Shown piece after piece: positions 1 through 9,429 of a DNA stretch of 55,691 bases (positions are counted from its first letter, which is position 1; each line of letters starts with the position of its first letter). The notes below the pieces were generated by a model. The model was given only the letters and a program-made list of their open reading frames with translations, ran no database searches and was not told where the DNA came from. Source of the DNA: Candidatus Sumerlaeia bacterium (lineage in GTDB: Bacteria; Sumerlaeota; Sumerlaeia; SLMS01). Where the stretch lies: positions 1 to 55,691 of the forward strand of contig JBBQYG010000006.1 of assembly GCA_038208905.1 (NCBI GenBank), given 5' to 3'. Made by a program: the position numbers and the translations under genes.

Positions 1-29
1 GTGCTGCGTGGTATAAATGGCCGTGCTTA

Positions 30-146
30 GAGACCGTCCAAGAAGCCTCATCCCTTCACCTCCGCAATTCGCCGCGCCATGACGCGGATCATGACGAAGT
101 AGATGAAACCCGTGGAGAAGTCCACCGTACGCTCCACGTCCTTGGC
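30..146 (-). mobile_element. IS5-family (IS1031-like) transposase 3' remnant with right terminal inverted repeat
   Basis: Minus-strand peptide AKDVERTVDFSTGFIYFVMIRVMARRIA resembles the IS5 C-terminal motif (xKDYER...FIYLAMIRLMxRRLA). It is followed on the minus strand by TTCTTGGACGGTCTC|TAA, a typical end plus TWA target. The rest of the transposase is absent. Confidence 0.65.
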
Positions 147-350
147 GGTAACCGTCCCGCCACCCCCATGTTGACCCGGGCGCTCGTCGCCGTTTGAATG
201 CTGCTTTTCCATCCTTTTGAGTAGAGCGGTCATGGGTGAGACTTGCCAGGCGATGTGGGCGGGGAGGGCGGGGGTGGTCGCGAGCTTCGGGGCGAGCGGG
301 CTGTCGATGGCGGAGTTTTGTCGGCGGGAGGGGGTCGGGCGTTTGCGGTT

Positions 351-416
351 CGCATTGTGAAGTCCGTTGAAGAAGTAGCGGGTGCGCTGCCCACTGCCAA
401 CGGATTTCACGATGCG
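351..416. repeat. 19-bp imperfect inverted repeat (hairpin)
   Basis: CGCATTGTGAAGTCCGTTG (351-369) and CAACGGATTTCACGATGCG (398-416) pair at 17/19 positions. Confidence 0.7.
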
Positions 417-720
417 GCGACCGGTGGAGTGCCGTCGCGGGATTCGACCGCGACCTGAGATCAAATCCGGCGCGTTTGTGGACTTGTCGTAGCGCATCGC
501 CGCCCCGGGGCCGGGGTGGTGACACGGATCGTTGACTTGACTGCTATAAAGGGGACGACCCTCTCTGCGCCCGCGCAGGAGGACCCACCCCATCACGCCC
601 CGATCCGTCCAGCTTATCCTTGAGCAGGGGGGCCTGCCTGGAAGAACTGTGATCATGGTGAGGTGCGCTCGCGCCCGTTGCCCCCGGGAGGAATTCGGAC
701 ATGGGCGAAGCCCCCGGGGA

Positions 721-736
721 TGGTATGGGAGTTGCT
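721..736 (+). promoter_or_regulatory. sigma54 (-24/-12) promoter of the EPS operon
   Basis: TGGTATGGGAGTTGCT fits TGGYAYR-N4-TTGCW with exact GG-N10-GC spacing, about 130 bp upstream of ATG 868. Confidence 0.7.
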
Positions 737-867
737 CATAATTTAGTTTTTGAGCGGAAAAGACCAGGGGATCCCCGACTCTTGCCCAAATCGTCTCCAC
801 CGAAGACCAGCTATCGGCCCAGATCGTGGAGAATACGGTCACCGTACCACAACGAGAGGCAACAAAA

Positions 868-3800
868 ATGGGTACAGCGATGAGATTTTTGGGTTATCTG
901 GCGCCGCGGCCGAGTGCAACCGCAATTCTCCTCCTCCTGATGGCGCTTTTCGGGCTGGGCAACCGCGTCTGGGCCGTTGGGGACGCATCGACGAGCTTTC
1001 AGGTCTTCGTGCCGGCAAACAACGATAACGTGGGGCGGAATGTTGCGCTCATCGTGACCAACTGTTCCCCATTCTCGACCACGGTGGACATCGTGGATCG
1101 GGATGAGGACGGGGACAGCGATGATACGGCGCTCGGTGTGGTGTTGGGGCGCGGGCAATCCTGGGTGCGCTATATCAGGGACGGCGCCGTGAATGACGAT
1201 GCGGGTGGCAAGTGGGACGGGGACTACTTCTCGATCCAGAGCGATCATCCGGTGGTGGTGCAAATGTCCACCAAGAGCGATTGGCAGTGGGATTTCGCAC
1301 CCGCCGACAACAAGACGATGCGCGGGCAGTCCTTCTTCCTCTACTCGCCCGACACCTCTTTCTCCCAGCGCGACGTGAATCTGGTCGCCTATGAGGACGA
1401 CACGGAGGTTTTCGTCCTTGATGTGACGGTGGCGCCGACCAACGGCTCCGGCCTGACGTCGGTGAATCTGGAGTCTCCCAGAGAGGTCCTCAAGACCGTC
1501 CTTAACGAGGGGGAGGATCTGATCGGTCGGCGAGGGCTGGGCGTGGATATCTTCGATCCCGGCCGCACCTACTGGATTCGGGCGTCCAAGGGTGTCACCT
1601 GCCAGTATGGGTCGCTGGTGGGGAACGCGCGGGACGGCGGCGGATTCGTCCCGTCGGAGAATGGCTTCGCCACGGGCGACAAGTTCTACTTCTACATCCC
1701 GCGCGATTTTCCAGACGAGCGCGAGGTGCGCATCGTCTCCTTCGACGACGCCAATGCGGTGGTTCTCTCGGGATGGAACAAGAGCCTTGGCCAGTGGGAA
1801 CCGTTCCGCAGTTTCACGATCGGACGGCTGGGCCATGGGGACTGGGTGGAGTCGGGGACGGACTATCCGATGTATCGGCTGACGTGCACGCCGGGTCGGA
1901 AGATTTCGGTCTTCATCGCGAGCTGGCTCGAAGCGAAGGGGCTCTCCGGCACGAAGGACATCGCGTCGTTCGCCTCCAGCCAGAGCGGCTATGGCGCGGG
2001 GAAGGAATTCCTGGTCTATGTGCCGCAGCCCGGTATCCAAGGGAACCTTGTGAGGAACGGGGCCCGCCTGGGCAACGCGAGCCACATCTATGTCTTTGGC
2101 CACGTGAATGGCACCTCGATCACGGTGGTGGATGCGGACACGAACGGCCAGTTGTTTTCCAAAACCGCGAAGGTCGAGCGCGATGGCTTTGCGGATATCC
2201 GGATGAGCGACGCGGAGTTCTCCAAATTGAACAAACCAAGCCAGGGGCTGCGTCCCTATCTCAAGGTAACCGCCAACCACCTGATCACCGCGATGGTCTC
2301 GAATCACAACGACAACTGGATGACCTTTGTGCCGAGCGTGGTGCTGCCAAATCCGCTGCTCAACGTGGAGAGCACCGTGACACAGGCGACGGTGGGGGCG
2401 GAAGGCTGCGTGACCCTCTCCGCCAGCAACGCGGGCTCGGGCGCGCTCACGTCGGCCCAGATCGAATTCCCGCTGGACCCTGCCACAACATACATTTCCT
2501 CGACATTCTCCATCGCGGGGATTGGCGAGCCGCTCATCACAATCGACCCGGCAACTGGCGGCCAGGTGCTGCAGTGGCAGGGCTTTACAATTCCAGCGGA
2601 AGGCGTGCTGACGGGAACGATTTGCTACACGTTGGCCGCGCGGCGCCCCGATGGCAAGGTGGTCAAGAATCGCGACTTCCTCAGCTTTCCCATCCTGATC
2701 AGCGGCGTGGGCTTTGGCGTTCCCGTCGATCAGGGAGGCGAGTCGGAGACGTTCACCGCACAGTCCTCCGCCGTGGTGACGGTTGACGACGCCTCGCAGA
2801 CGACGGTGAACGGGCTATCGGCAACGCCCTCCGGCGTCTTTGTGAATGTGACCTGGCAGACCGGGCGCGAGCCAGACCTGAGCGGCTTCAGGGTCTATCG
2901 GTCAACCTCCGGCGATGGGCCCTTCACGCTCCTGACAACGCAGGTGATTCCGGGAACCGGCGACGCCGTAACGGGGGCGCGCTACCAATTCCAAAACCGT
3001 CCGCCAAGCGCCGGTGCCACCTACTACTACCGGCTGGAGATGGTCAACATCGCCAACCAGTCCTCCTTCTTCGGCCCCGTGGCGGTTCTGGCGGAGGACA
3101 GGACTCCTCCGACTCCGCCGGTGATCACGTCCCTTCAGGTCGGCGACGACGTGGTCCTCGCGACGATCTCCGGCTCGACCGGAGACGGCGACCTCAAGGG
3201 CTACAACATCTATCGATCGGACACATCCAGCGGCATCTATACCAAGCTGAACGAGCTGCTGATCACGCCCGGGGCCGTCTATCGCGACAGCACCGTTGGC
3301 AATGGCGCGACATACTTCTATCGCGCCAAGGCGGTCGATACCAGCGGCAATATCTCCGACTTCAGCATCACCGCCAACGCCGTCATGGCCTCCTCGATCA
3401 GCGCGGAATACACGCTCGCCTTCGAGGATCAGATTGGGCCGGGGAAGAACGACTGGGACTACAACGACTGGGTCGTCGCCATGAAGTCCGTCGAGACTTT
3501 CCAGGGCGGCGGAGTGTCACGCGTCGAGCTGGAGATCGAAAGCCTTGCCCGAGGCGCGCGCTATCAGAACGCCTTCCGCCTGGCCTATCGCTCCGCGGGA
3601 TCGTGGACCGCCGACATCAGCGTCTTTGAAAATCGCAACGCGACCACGCCCCTCTCCACGCGCCGAGAGACCGGGACCGGCGTGGTCGATATCCAGCTCT
3701 TCGCGGACACGGTGGAAGCACTCCCCCCCGCGGAGGGTGACGACTTCACCAACACGCTCAATCGCCAGAACCCGGCTACCCTGGGCCAGCACGCGCGCGT

Positions 3801-5610
3801 GACGCTCACGCTCGCCTCGCCCGCTTCCAACAAGTCGGCCAGCCGCCATCGGCCACCATTCGACCCCTATCTGGTCAACCAGATCGGAGAGGTTCATCAG
3901 CGGCGGGAAGGCTTTCCCAACTCGACGGAAGTGGTGACCTTCTGGCCCGATAGCCCGCTGCTCGGCTATCATCTCGACTATGTGCTGGTGGTGCCGGGAT
4001 CCAGTTGGATCTGGCCTCTCGAAAATCAGAAGATCTGGGATGCCTATCCCTCCCTGTTTGCCAACAACGTCCTCTCCGGCGGAGTGCTGAGCCAGAACTG
4101 GTCTCTCCCCGGGAATCGCAATCAGGCGCGAACCTACAACTGGTATCCCTTTGCCTCCACAAAGAACCGGACAAGTGAACCGAAGGGCGTTCTCGCGGCA
4201 ACCACCGCGGAGCTTGTCGCTTCCTACGACACGATCTTTGCCGCCGGCCCCAAGGCCATTCACTACGACCCAACCTCCGCCCTGCCGGACAGCATTGTGC
4301 TTGCGGGATCCCACGGCATGGTCTCGGTCGTGGAGCCGTTCCTTGGAGGCGCCATGGAAGGATGGCCGATTACTGCGAATAGCTATCGCGCCTCTCCCGC
4401 GGTCGGGAAGCTCTCCGCAAGCGACGCAAATCCGGTGATGGTTACCGGCGAGGAACGCTATGACGACGCGGCACGTGTGCTGGTGTGGGAGCTGACACCG
4501 GAACCCGTGGCCCGTTGGCAGGCAGAGGTGGGTGGTGCGGTAAAGGCCCCGCCCGTCATCGCCGATCTGGACGGGGACGGAAACGCCGAGATCCTCGTGG
4601 TCACGTCCGACGCGCAGTTGGTGGTGCTCCTCTCCAACGGGCTACAGCAGCCGAACTCCCCCGTGTCACTCGGCACGACGCTTTGGAACTCCAAGAACAT
4701 CCTCTCCTCCGGCGGGCCAGTCGTTGTGGACATCGATGGAGACGCAAGCCTTGAAGTCTTCGCGGTGGCACCGTCGGGGGATACGATTTACGGGCTGAGC
4801 TCCTCACTGACGCCGCTCCCCGGGTGGCCGCGCAAGCTGACGGGACCGGTGGTCGGCGGCGTGACGCTGGCACAAAATCCGGCGAACTCTCAACTGGCCC
4901 TGTTTGCCGCCACCGCGGATGGGGCGGTCTATGGACTGGATGCGTTCGGCCGCCCGCTCGCCGGGTTCCCGATCCAGGTCCCTGGGAACGTGACCGTGCC
5001 GATCGTGGCCTTTGCCGAGTTCGAGGACATTCTGGATATGCTCGTCGTGACGACGACGGACGGCACCGTGAGCCTCTTTGGAACCAACGGCGCTCCGCGG
5101 GCTGGCTGGCCGCGCATGGCCGGGGCAGATGTGCTTGCGCCTCCGGTGGTGGGCGACCTGGACGGCGACGCGGAGATGGACATCCTCCTCGGCACAGCGA
5201 CGGGATCCGTTCTGACGTGGCGGCTGGATGGCACCCTGGTGGGCGATATGACATTTCAGGTTCCGGGCTCGCTCCCCGTTTCTCCCTTGTTGGCGGACTT
5301 TGACGATGACGCCCGCGTGGAGGTGTATCTGGCGACGGCGTTGGGCGACCTCTATCGCGCCGAATCAACCGGCCAGACCCCCCTTCCGCTGCGCCGCGCA
5401 CTGGGCTGGGGATCAGTCGGCGGTGGGAACGAGGCGAACGCCCCGGGGATCGAACTGTCCGTTCAGCCGAGGGCAGCGCTCGCTACAACGCGACGTCAGG
5501 TTCTCGACGTCGTTCTCGGCATCATCCGGCCCGAGGACTCAGAGGTGCTTTGCGATGTGAATCTGGATGGCGTGATCGACGCGGGCGACATCAAGAAGCT
5601 GTCGAATTGA
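868..5610 (+). CDS. Large secreted multidomain protein: signal peptide, IgGFc-binding-like N-region, DUF11-like Ig, FN3 repeats, LruC (DUF4842) domain, FG-GAP repeats, C-terminal dockerin-like motif
   Basis: ATG 868 with RBS GAGAGG; hydrophobic signal peptide; FN3 motifs (GFRVYRS, GYNIYRS, YFYRAKAVD); LruC motif TLAFED...DWDYNDWVV and PPFDPYL; FG-GAP-like IADLDGDGNAEI and VGDLDGDAEMDI; terminal DVNLDGVIDAGD. Confidence 0.85.
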   Translation: MGTAMRFLGYLAPRPSATAILLLLMALFGLGNRVWAVGDASTSFQVFVPANNDNVGRNVALIVTNCSPFSTTVDIVDRDEDGDSDDTALGVVLGRGQSWVRYIRDGAVNDDAGGKWDGDYFSIQSDHPVVVQMSTKSDWQWDFAPADNKTMRGQSFFLYSPDTSFSQRDVNLVAYEDDTEVFVLDVTVAPTNGSGLTSVNLESPREVLKTVLNEGEDLIGRRGLGVDIFDPGRTYWIRASKGVTCQYGSLVGNARDGGGFVPSENGFATGDKFYFYIPRDFPDEREVRIVSFDDANAVVLSGWNKSLGQWEPFRSFTIGRLGHGDWVESGTDYPMYRLTCTPGRKISVFIASWLEAKGLSGTKDIASFASSQSGYGAGKEFLVYVPQPGIQGNLVRNGARLGNASHIYVFGHVNGTSITVVDADTNGQLFSKTAKVERDGFADIRMSDAEFSKLNKPSQGLRPYLKVTANHLITAMVSNHNDNWMTFVPSVVLPNPLLNVESTVTQATVGAEGCVTLSASNAGSGALTSAQIEFPLDPATTYISSTFSIAGIGEPLITIDPATGGQVLQWQGFTIPAEGVLTGTICYTLAARRPDGKVVKNRDFLSFPILISGVGFGVPVDQGGESETFTAQSSAVVTVDDASQTTVNGLSATPSGVFVNVTWQTGREPDLSGFRVYRSTSGDGPFTLLTTQVIPGTGDAVTGARYQFQNRPPSAGATYYYRLEMVNIANQSSFFGPVAVLAEDRTPPTPPVITSLQVGDDVVLATISGSTGDGDLKGYNIYRSDTSSGIYTKLNELLITPGAVYRDSTVGNGATYFYRAKAVDTSGNISDFSITANAVMASSISAEYTLAFEDQIGPGKNDWDYNDWVVAMKSVETFQGGGVSRVELEIESLARGARYQNAFRLAYRSAGSWTADISVFENRNATTPLSTRRETGTGVVDIQLFADTVEALPPAEGDDFTNTLNRQNPATLGQHARVTLTLASPASNKSASRHRPPFDPYLVNQIGEVHQRREGFPNSTEVVTFWPDSPLLGYHLDYVLVVPGSSWIWPLENQKIWDAYPSLFANNVLSGGVLSQNWSLPGNRNQARTYNWYPFASTKNRTSEPKGVLAATTAELVASYDTIFAAGPKAIHYDPTSALPDSIVLAGSHGMVSVVEPFLGGAMEGWPITANSYRASPAVGKLSASDANPVMVTGEERYDDAARVLVWELTPEPVARWQAEVGGAVKAPPVIADLDGDGNAEILVVTSDAQLVVLLSNGLQQPNSPVSLGTTLWNSKNILSSGGPVVVDIDGDASLEVFAVAPSGDTIYGLSSSLTPLPGWPRKLTGPVVGGVTLAQNPANSQLALFAATADGAVYGLDAFGRPLAGFPIQVPGNVTVPIVAFAEFEDILDMLVVTTTDGTVSLFGTNGAPRAGWPRMAGADVLAPPVVGDLDGDAEMDILLGTATGSVLTWRLDGTLVGDMTFQVPGSLPVSPLLADFDDDARVEVYLATALGDLYRAESTGQTPLPLRRALGWGSVGGGNEANAPGIELSVQPRAALATTRRQVLDVVLGIIRPEDSEVLCDVNLDGVIDAGDIKKLSN

Positions 5611-5849
5611 TCGGGCCCGAATTGCAGTCAAGCTCCCCGGGGGCCTCCGCCCCCGGGCCTTGGGGGCGGAGGCTACCGCGGCTGGGCAGCTCGCTGGTCA
5701 AGCTCGCGGAAGTCGCCGTTGTGCTGATGCTAGTGATTGCGCTCCTCACGGTTCTGTATTACGTAAAGTGCGTCGTGGGCATCGACATCTTCCCGGACCG
5801 CCACTTGGCTGACTTTCTTCCAGCGTTCCTTCGGGAGTATGGGAATTGA
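5607..5849 (+). CDS. Small single-TM membrane protein
   Basis: Fills the gap exactly, with TTGA overlaps at both ends; TM helix followed by YYVKCVVGIDIFP. Start uncertain. Confidence 0.6.
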   Translation: MIGPELQSSSPGASAPGPWGRRLPRLGSSLVKLAEVAVVLMLVIALLTVLYYVKCVVGIDIFPDRHLADFLPAFLREYGN

Positions 5850-7012
5850 ACGACCTCTCCCTCTTCGTTTTCATCGATGCCTTCGGCTGGGAACTGCTGA
5901 AGCGGCATCCCGATTTCATGGAGAAGGAGCTCCCCCGCCGCTCACGCCTGAAGTCGGTCCTGGGATACAGTTCCACCTGTGATCCGACGATCCTGACAGG
6001 CCTGATGCCCCAGGACCACGGGCACTTCTCCTTCTTCTACTACAATCCCGCCGAGTCGCCTTTCGCGCTCTGCCGGGCGCTGCGCTTTCTCCCCCGGTCC
6101 ATCACCCGTCGCGGCCGCGTGCGCCGCATGATGAGCCGCCTGATCCGGCGTCTATATGGATATACGGGATACTTCCAGATTTACAACATGCCCTTTGATC
6201 GGTTGACCCTCTTCGACTACTCCGAGAAGCGGGACCTCTATCGAAAGGGGGGCATCAATAGTGGCGCGCCAACGATCTTTGACCATCTGCGGGGGAATGG
6301 CGTTCCATTCCACCTCTCCGATTGGCGGGCCAGCGAGGAGGCGAATCTCGCATCCCTCTCCGCCGCTGTTGAGAAGGGGGAGATTCGCTTTGCCTACCTC
6401 TACATGGCCGCCATGGACGCGGTACTCCACGCGGATGGAACAGAGTCCCCCCGCGTGGACCAGAAGATTCAATGGTATCATGATCGACTAGTCGGTTTGA
6501 TGAATCTCGCCCGGAAGCACTATTCGGGAGTTCGCCTCTACGCCTTCTCCGACCACGGGATGACCAACATCCACGACGTATGCGATTTGATGCCGCGGAT
6601 TGAGGCCGCGGGTCTCCGCTTCGGCGAGGACTATGCCGCGGTCTATGACTCGACAATGGCGCGGTTCTGGTTTCTGCGCCCGGGTGCGAAGGAGGCGATT
6701 CTCAAGGCGCTATCCGGAGAGGAACGCGGCCACATTCTCATGCCGGAGGATCTGGCCAGCTATCAGTGTCGGTTTCCCAAGGACAAGTACGGAGAAGTCT
6801 TCTTCCTCCTGAAGCCCGGCGTCCTATTGTGTCCAAGCTTCATGGGGGAAACGCCGCTCGCCGGAATGCACGGATACGACCCGGCGGACAAGGATACCGA
6901 CGCAATGTTTGCATCGAACGTCGCCTGCGATCCAACGCCAGCGAGGCTCGACGACCTCTATCGCCTCATGCGTGGCGAGGCTGATCGCATCATCGCCTCG
7001 CGAAAGGGATAG
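5846..7012 (+). CDS. Alkaline phosphatase superfamily (nucleotide pyrophosphatase/phosphodiesterase-like) protein
   Basis: FVFIDAFG, GYSSTCDPTILTG (putative Ser nucleophile), DAVLH, FSDHGM, GMHGYDP; no signal peptide; TTG start. Confidence 0.85.
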   Translation: MNDLSLFVFIDAFGWELLKRHPDFMEKELPRRSRLKSVLGYSSTCDPTILTGLMPQDHGHFSFFYYNPAESPFALCRALRFLPRSITRRGRVRRMMSRLIRRLYGYTGYFQIYNMPFDRLTLFDYSEKRDLYRKGGINSGAPTIFDHLRGNGVPFHLSDWRASEEANLASLSAAVEKGEIRFAYLYMAAMDAVLHADGTESPRVDQKIQWYHDRLVGLMNLARKHYSGVRLYAFSDHGMTNIHDVCDLMPRIEAAGLRFGEDYAAVYDSTMARFWFLRPGAKEAILKALSGEERGHILMPEDLASYQCRFPKDKYGEVFFLLKPGVLLCPSFMGETPLAGMHGYDPADKDTDAMFASNVACDPTPARLDDLYRLMRGEADRIIASRKG

Positions 7013-7018
7013 CCGACA

Positions 7019-8581
7019 TTGCCTCCCAAGAACCGCGCGGTCGCCATTCTGAAGAACGCGACGTCCAACTACGCGCGACAGATCATCCAGATCGCAATCT
7101 TCGTCCTCCTGACGCCGTTCATCGTGGCGAAGCTGGGGACGGATAACTTCGGACTGTGGTCCCTCATTCAGGCAACGATTGGCTTGTTGGGACTGATGGA
7201 CATGGGATTCTCCACGTCTGTGGTCAAGTACGTGGCCGAGGCGAGAGGACTCGGCGACAGGGAGAGACTGAGGCGGCTGACCTCGACCTTCTTCTGGCAG
7301 TATGCGGGTCTCGGCCTGATCACGATGGTCGCGACGGTGGTGCTCGTTCCGTTCGTCCCCCAGATACTGGGGATTCCCCCCGACCGCGCGCGTTCCGCGC
7401 AGGTGGTCTTTGCCCTGATCGGATTGCGCGCGGCCCAGGGATTGCCGCTCGGCCTATTCGCGGGAATCCTGGTGGGGTATCAACAGCAACTCCTCTCCAA
7501 CATCTGCCGCGTGCTGGGCACGGCATCCTATGGATTGCTTGCATGGTGGGCATTGAGTGTTTCCCCCACGATAGAGACGCTGGCATGGGTCAGCCTGGGG
7601 ACCGGACTCTTCGCGAATCTGGTCTCTCTTGTCTTTTGTATCAGGGCGGCGCCCGGAGTTTCACTCTCTCCAGCGAATTTTCGTTGGAGCCTCCTCGGCG
7701 AGATCAGTTCCTTCTCGCTCTGGTTCTTCCTGATTCAGGTTTCCCTCCTGCTCGCGACGCGCGTCGACACGATCATCATCAATGCGGTGATGCCCCTGGC
7801 GGCGGTCGCTGTCTATACGGTGGCGATCCGCGTCGCGGAGCGCGCGTCGTCGCTGTGCAGGCAGTTGACAAACACCCTGACGCCGGTGATCGCGGAGCTT
7901 AAGGGCGCCGGCGAGGAGAAGAACATCCGCGCCGTCTTTCTGAAGGGATCGATGCTGGCAGTCGCGGCGTCGGTGCCGATGCTGGCGGGCCTTGCATGGC
8001 TTGCGGAAGACATCGGCGGCGTCTGGATGGGGGAGGAATTCCGCGCCTCCGCCACGCCGTGCCGCCTGTTGCTGGCGGCGGCCCTCGTGGGCATCATCCA
8101 TGGGAACACGGAGAACGTCCTCTCCATGACCGGTCACCAGAGGTATCTGGCGCTCGCCACGATTGGCGGCCAAATCATGAACCTGATCCTGACACTAATC
8201 CTTGTTCGCCACTGGGGGCTGGCCGGGGTGGCGCTGGCAACGCTGCTGGCGCAAGTCACCGTGCAGATATTCTTCGTCCAGGCCCGGGGGGGAAGCCTCT
8301 ACCATATCGGCCTCATGGAGTATTACGGCCGCGTCCTGTGGCCATCGATTCCCGGGGCGATCGCGTGTGTGGGATCGATCTGGGGGCTGTCGCTGATTCT
8401 CAAGCCGACGTCACTTCTGTCGATCGCCGTCCTGCTGGCCGTGGGGGGATTCGCCTTCCTTCCCGCGTTCTGGTATCTGGGGATTGGCCGGTCTGAGCGC
8501 CGGTATCTGGCGGGTCGGGTGAAGGCGCTCTTTAGCCGGCGAAAAGCTCCGACCGCCACTCCCGACGAGGTGCCGGAATGA
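7019..8581 (+). CDS. wzx: Wzx-type oligosaccharide flippase
   Basis: Many TM helices; LTPFIVAKLG..FGLWSL, DMGFSTSVVKY, WGLAGVALAT. Confidence 0.85.
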   Translation: MPPKNRAVAILKNATSNYARQIIQIAIFVLLTPFIVAKLGTDNFGLWSLIQATIGLLGLMDMGFSTSVVKYVAEARGLGDRERLRRLTSTFFWQYAGLGLITMVATVVLVPFVPQILGIPPDRARSAQVVFALIGLRAAQGLPLGLFAGILVGYQQQLLSNICRVLGTASYGLLAWWALSVSPTIETLAWVSLGTGLFANLVSLVFCIRAAPGVSLSPANFRWSLLGEISSFSLWFFLIQVSLLLATRVDTIIINAVMPLAAVAVYTVAIRVAERASSLCRQLTNTLTPVIAELKGAGEEKNIRAVFLKGSMLAVAASVPMLAGLAWLAEDIGGVWMGEEFRASATPCRLLLAAALVGIIHGNTENVLSMTGHQRYLALATIGGQIMNLILTLILVRHWGLAGVALATLLAQVTVQIFFVQARGGSLYHIGLMEYYGRVLWPSIPGAIACVGSIWGLSLILKPTSLLSIAVLLAVGGFAFLPAFWYLGIGRSERRYLAGRVKALFSRRKAPTATPDEVPE

Positions 8582-9429
8582 ACCCCTGGATTGTGATGCG
8601 CTCCTACAACGATGCCTGGGTTGTCGGGCAGACACTCGATGGAATCGCGCGTCAGTCGATGGCGCATCGGCTGATTGTCTTCGACAATGCGTCGACCGAT
8701 GGATCGCTGGAGATTATCCGCCGCCATACGGATCGCATCGTGAATATCCCGCGGGGCGCATACATCCCAGGGCGCGTCCTCAATCAGGCTATGGCCGAGA
8801 CCGACGGCGAATTCGTGGTCTTTCTCAATTCCGACTGTGTTCCACAGGATCATCGTTGGCTGGCCTCGTTGATCGAGGGCTTCGCCGACGAATCGGTGGC
8901 GGCAGTGTTTGGACGTCAGATTCCCCGGCCCGAGTGCTGGCCCCTGTTTGCGAAGGACACGGAGGAGACCTTTGGCGACGGCGCTCGCCAGAAATACTGG
9001 AAGCATTGCTTCTCCATGGCGACATCGGCCATCCGGCGCTCCGTGTGGGAGGCGATGCCTTTTCGCGACGACATCCAGTATTCAGAAGACGTGGACTGGA
9101 CATGGCGCGCGCGTCAGGCGGGCCACACGATCCGCTATGCGGGCGGGTCGGTCGCGATGCACTCCCACAACTACACACTGAAGCAGTATCGTCGCCGCCA
9201 GTTTGGAGAGGGCCGCGCCGACGCCGCGATCTTCGATTGGAAGCCGTGGGAGAGGACCCTGATCCGGTACTCGCTTCTCCCCTTCGCCCGGCAAGTGGTC
9301 TCCGACGTGCGCTACGGAGTCAGGACCATGCAGCCCCGGGCGATCGCCCATTCGTTACCGCTGCGCCTTGTCCAGATGGTCGGACGCAGGCGCGGCTTCC
9401 AGGAGGGATGGAGCGCCCGCAGCCAATGA
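8578..9429 (+). CDS. Glycosyltransferase family 2 (rhamnosyltransferase-like)
   Basis: IVMRSYN, FDNASTDGS, FLNSD, SEDVDW, HSHNY. Confidence 0.9.
   Translation: MNPWIVMRSYNDAWVVGQTLDGIARQSMAHRLIVFDNASTDGSLEIIRRHTDRIVNIPRGAYIPGRVLNQAMAETDGEFVVFLNSDCVPQDHRWLASLIEGFADESVAAVFGRQIPRPECWPLFAKDTEETFGDGARQKYWKHCFSMATSAIRRSVWEAMPFRDDIQYSEDVDWTWRARQAGHTIRYAGGSVAMHSHNYTLKQYRRRQFGEGRADAAIFDWKPWERTLIRYSLLPFARQVVSDVRYGVRTMQPRAIAHSLPLRLVQMVGRRRGFQEGWSARSQ

Noticed and set aside
48-842. 264-aa minus-strand ORF
   Set aside because: Only the last ~30 aa look like protein (IS5 remnant); the rest crosses the promoter region with no recognisable motifs.
811-2307. 498-aa antisense ORF, and similar long ORFs at 25150-26802, 27626-29536, 38932-40197, 43907-45340 and 54073-55554
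   Set aside because: Shadow frames opposite well-supported genes, as expected in high-GC DNA.
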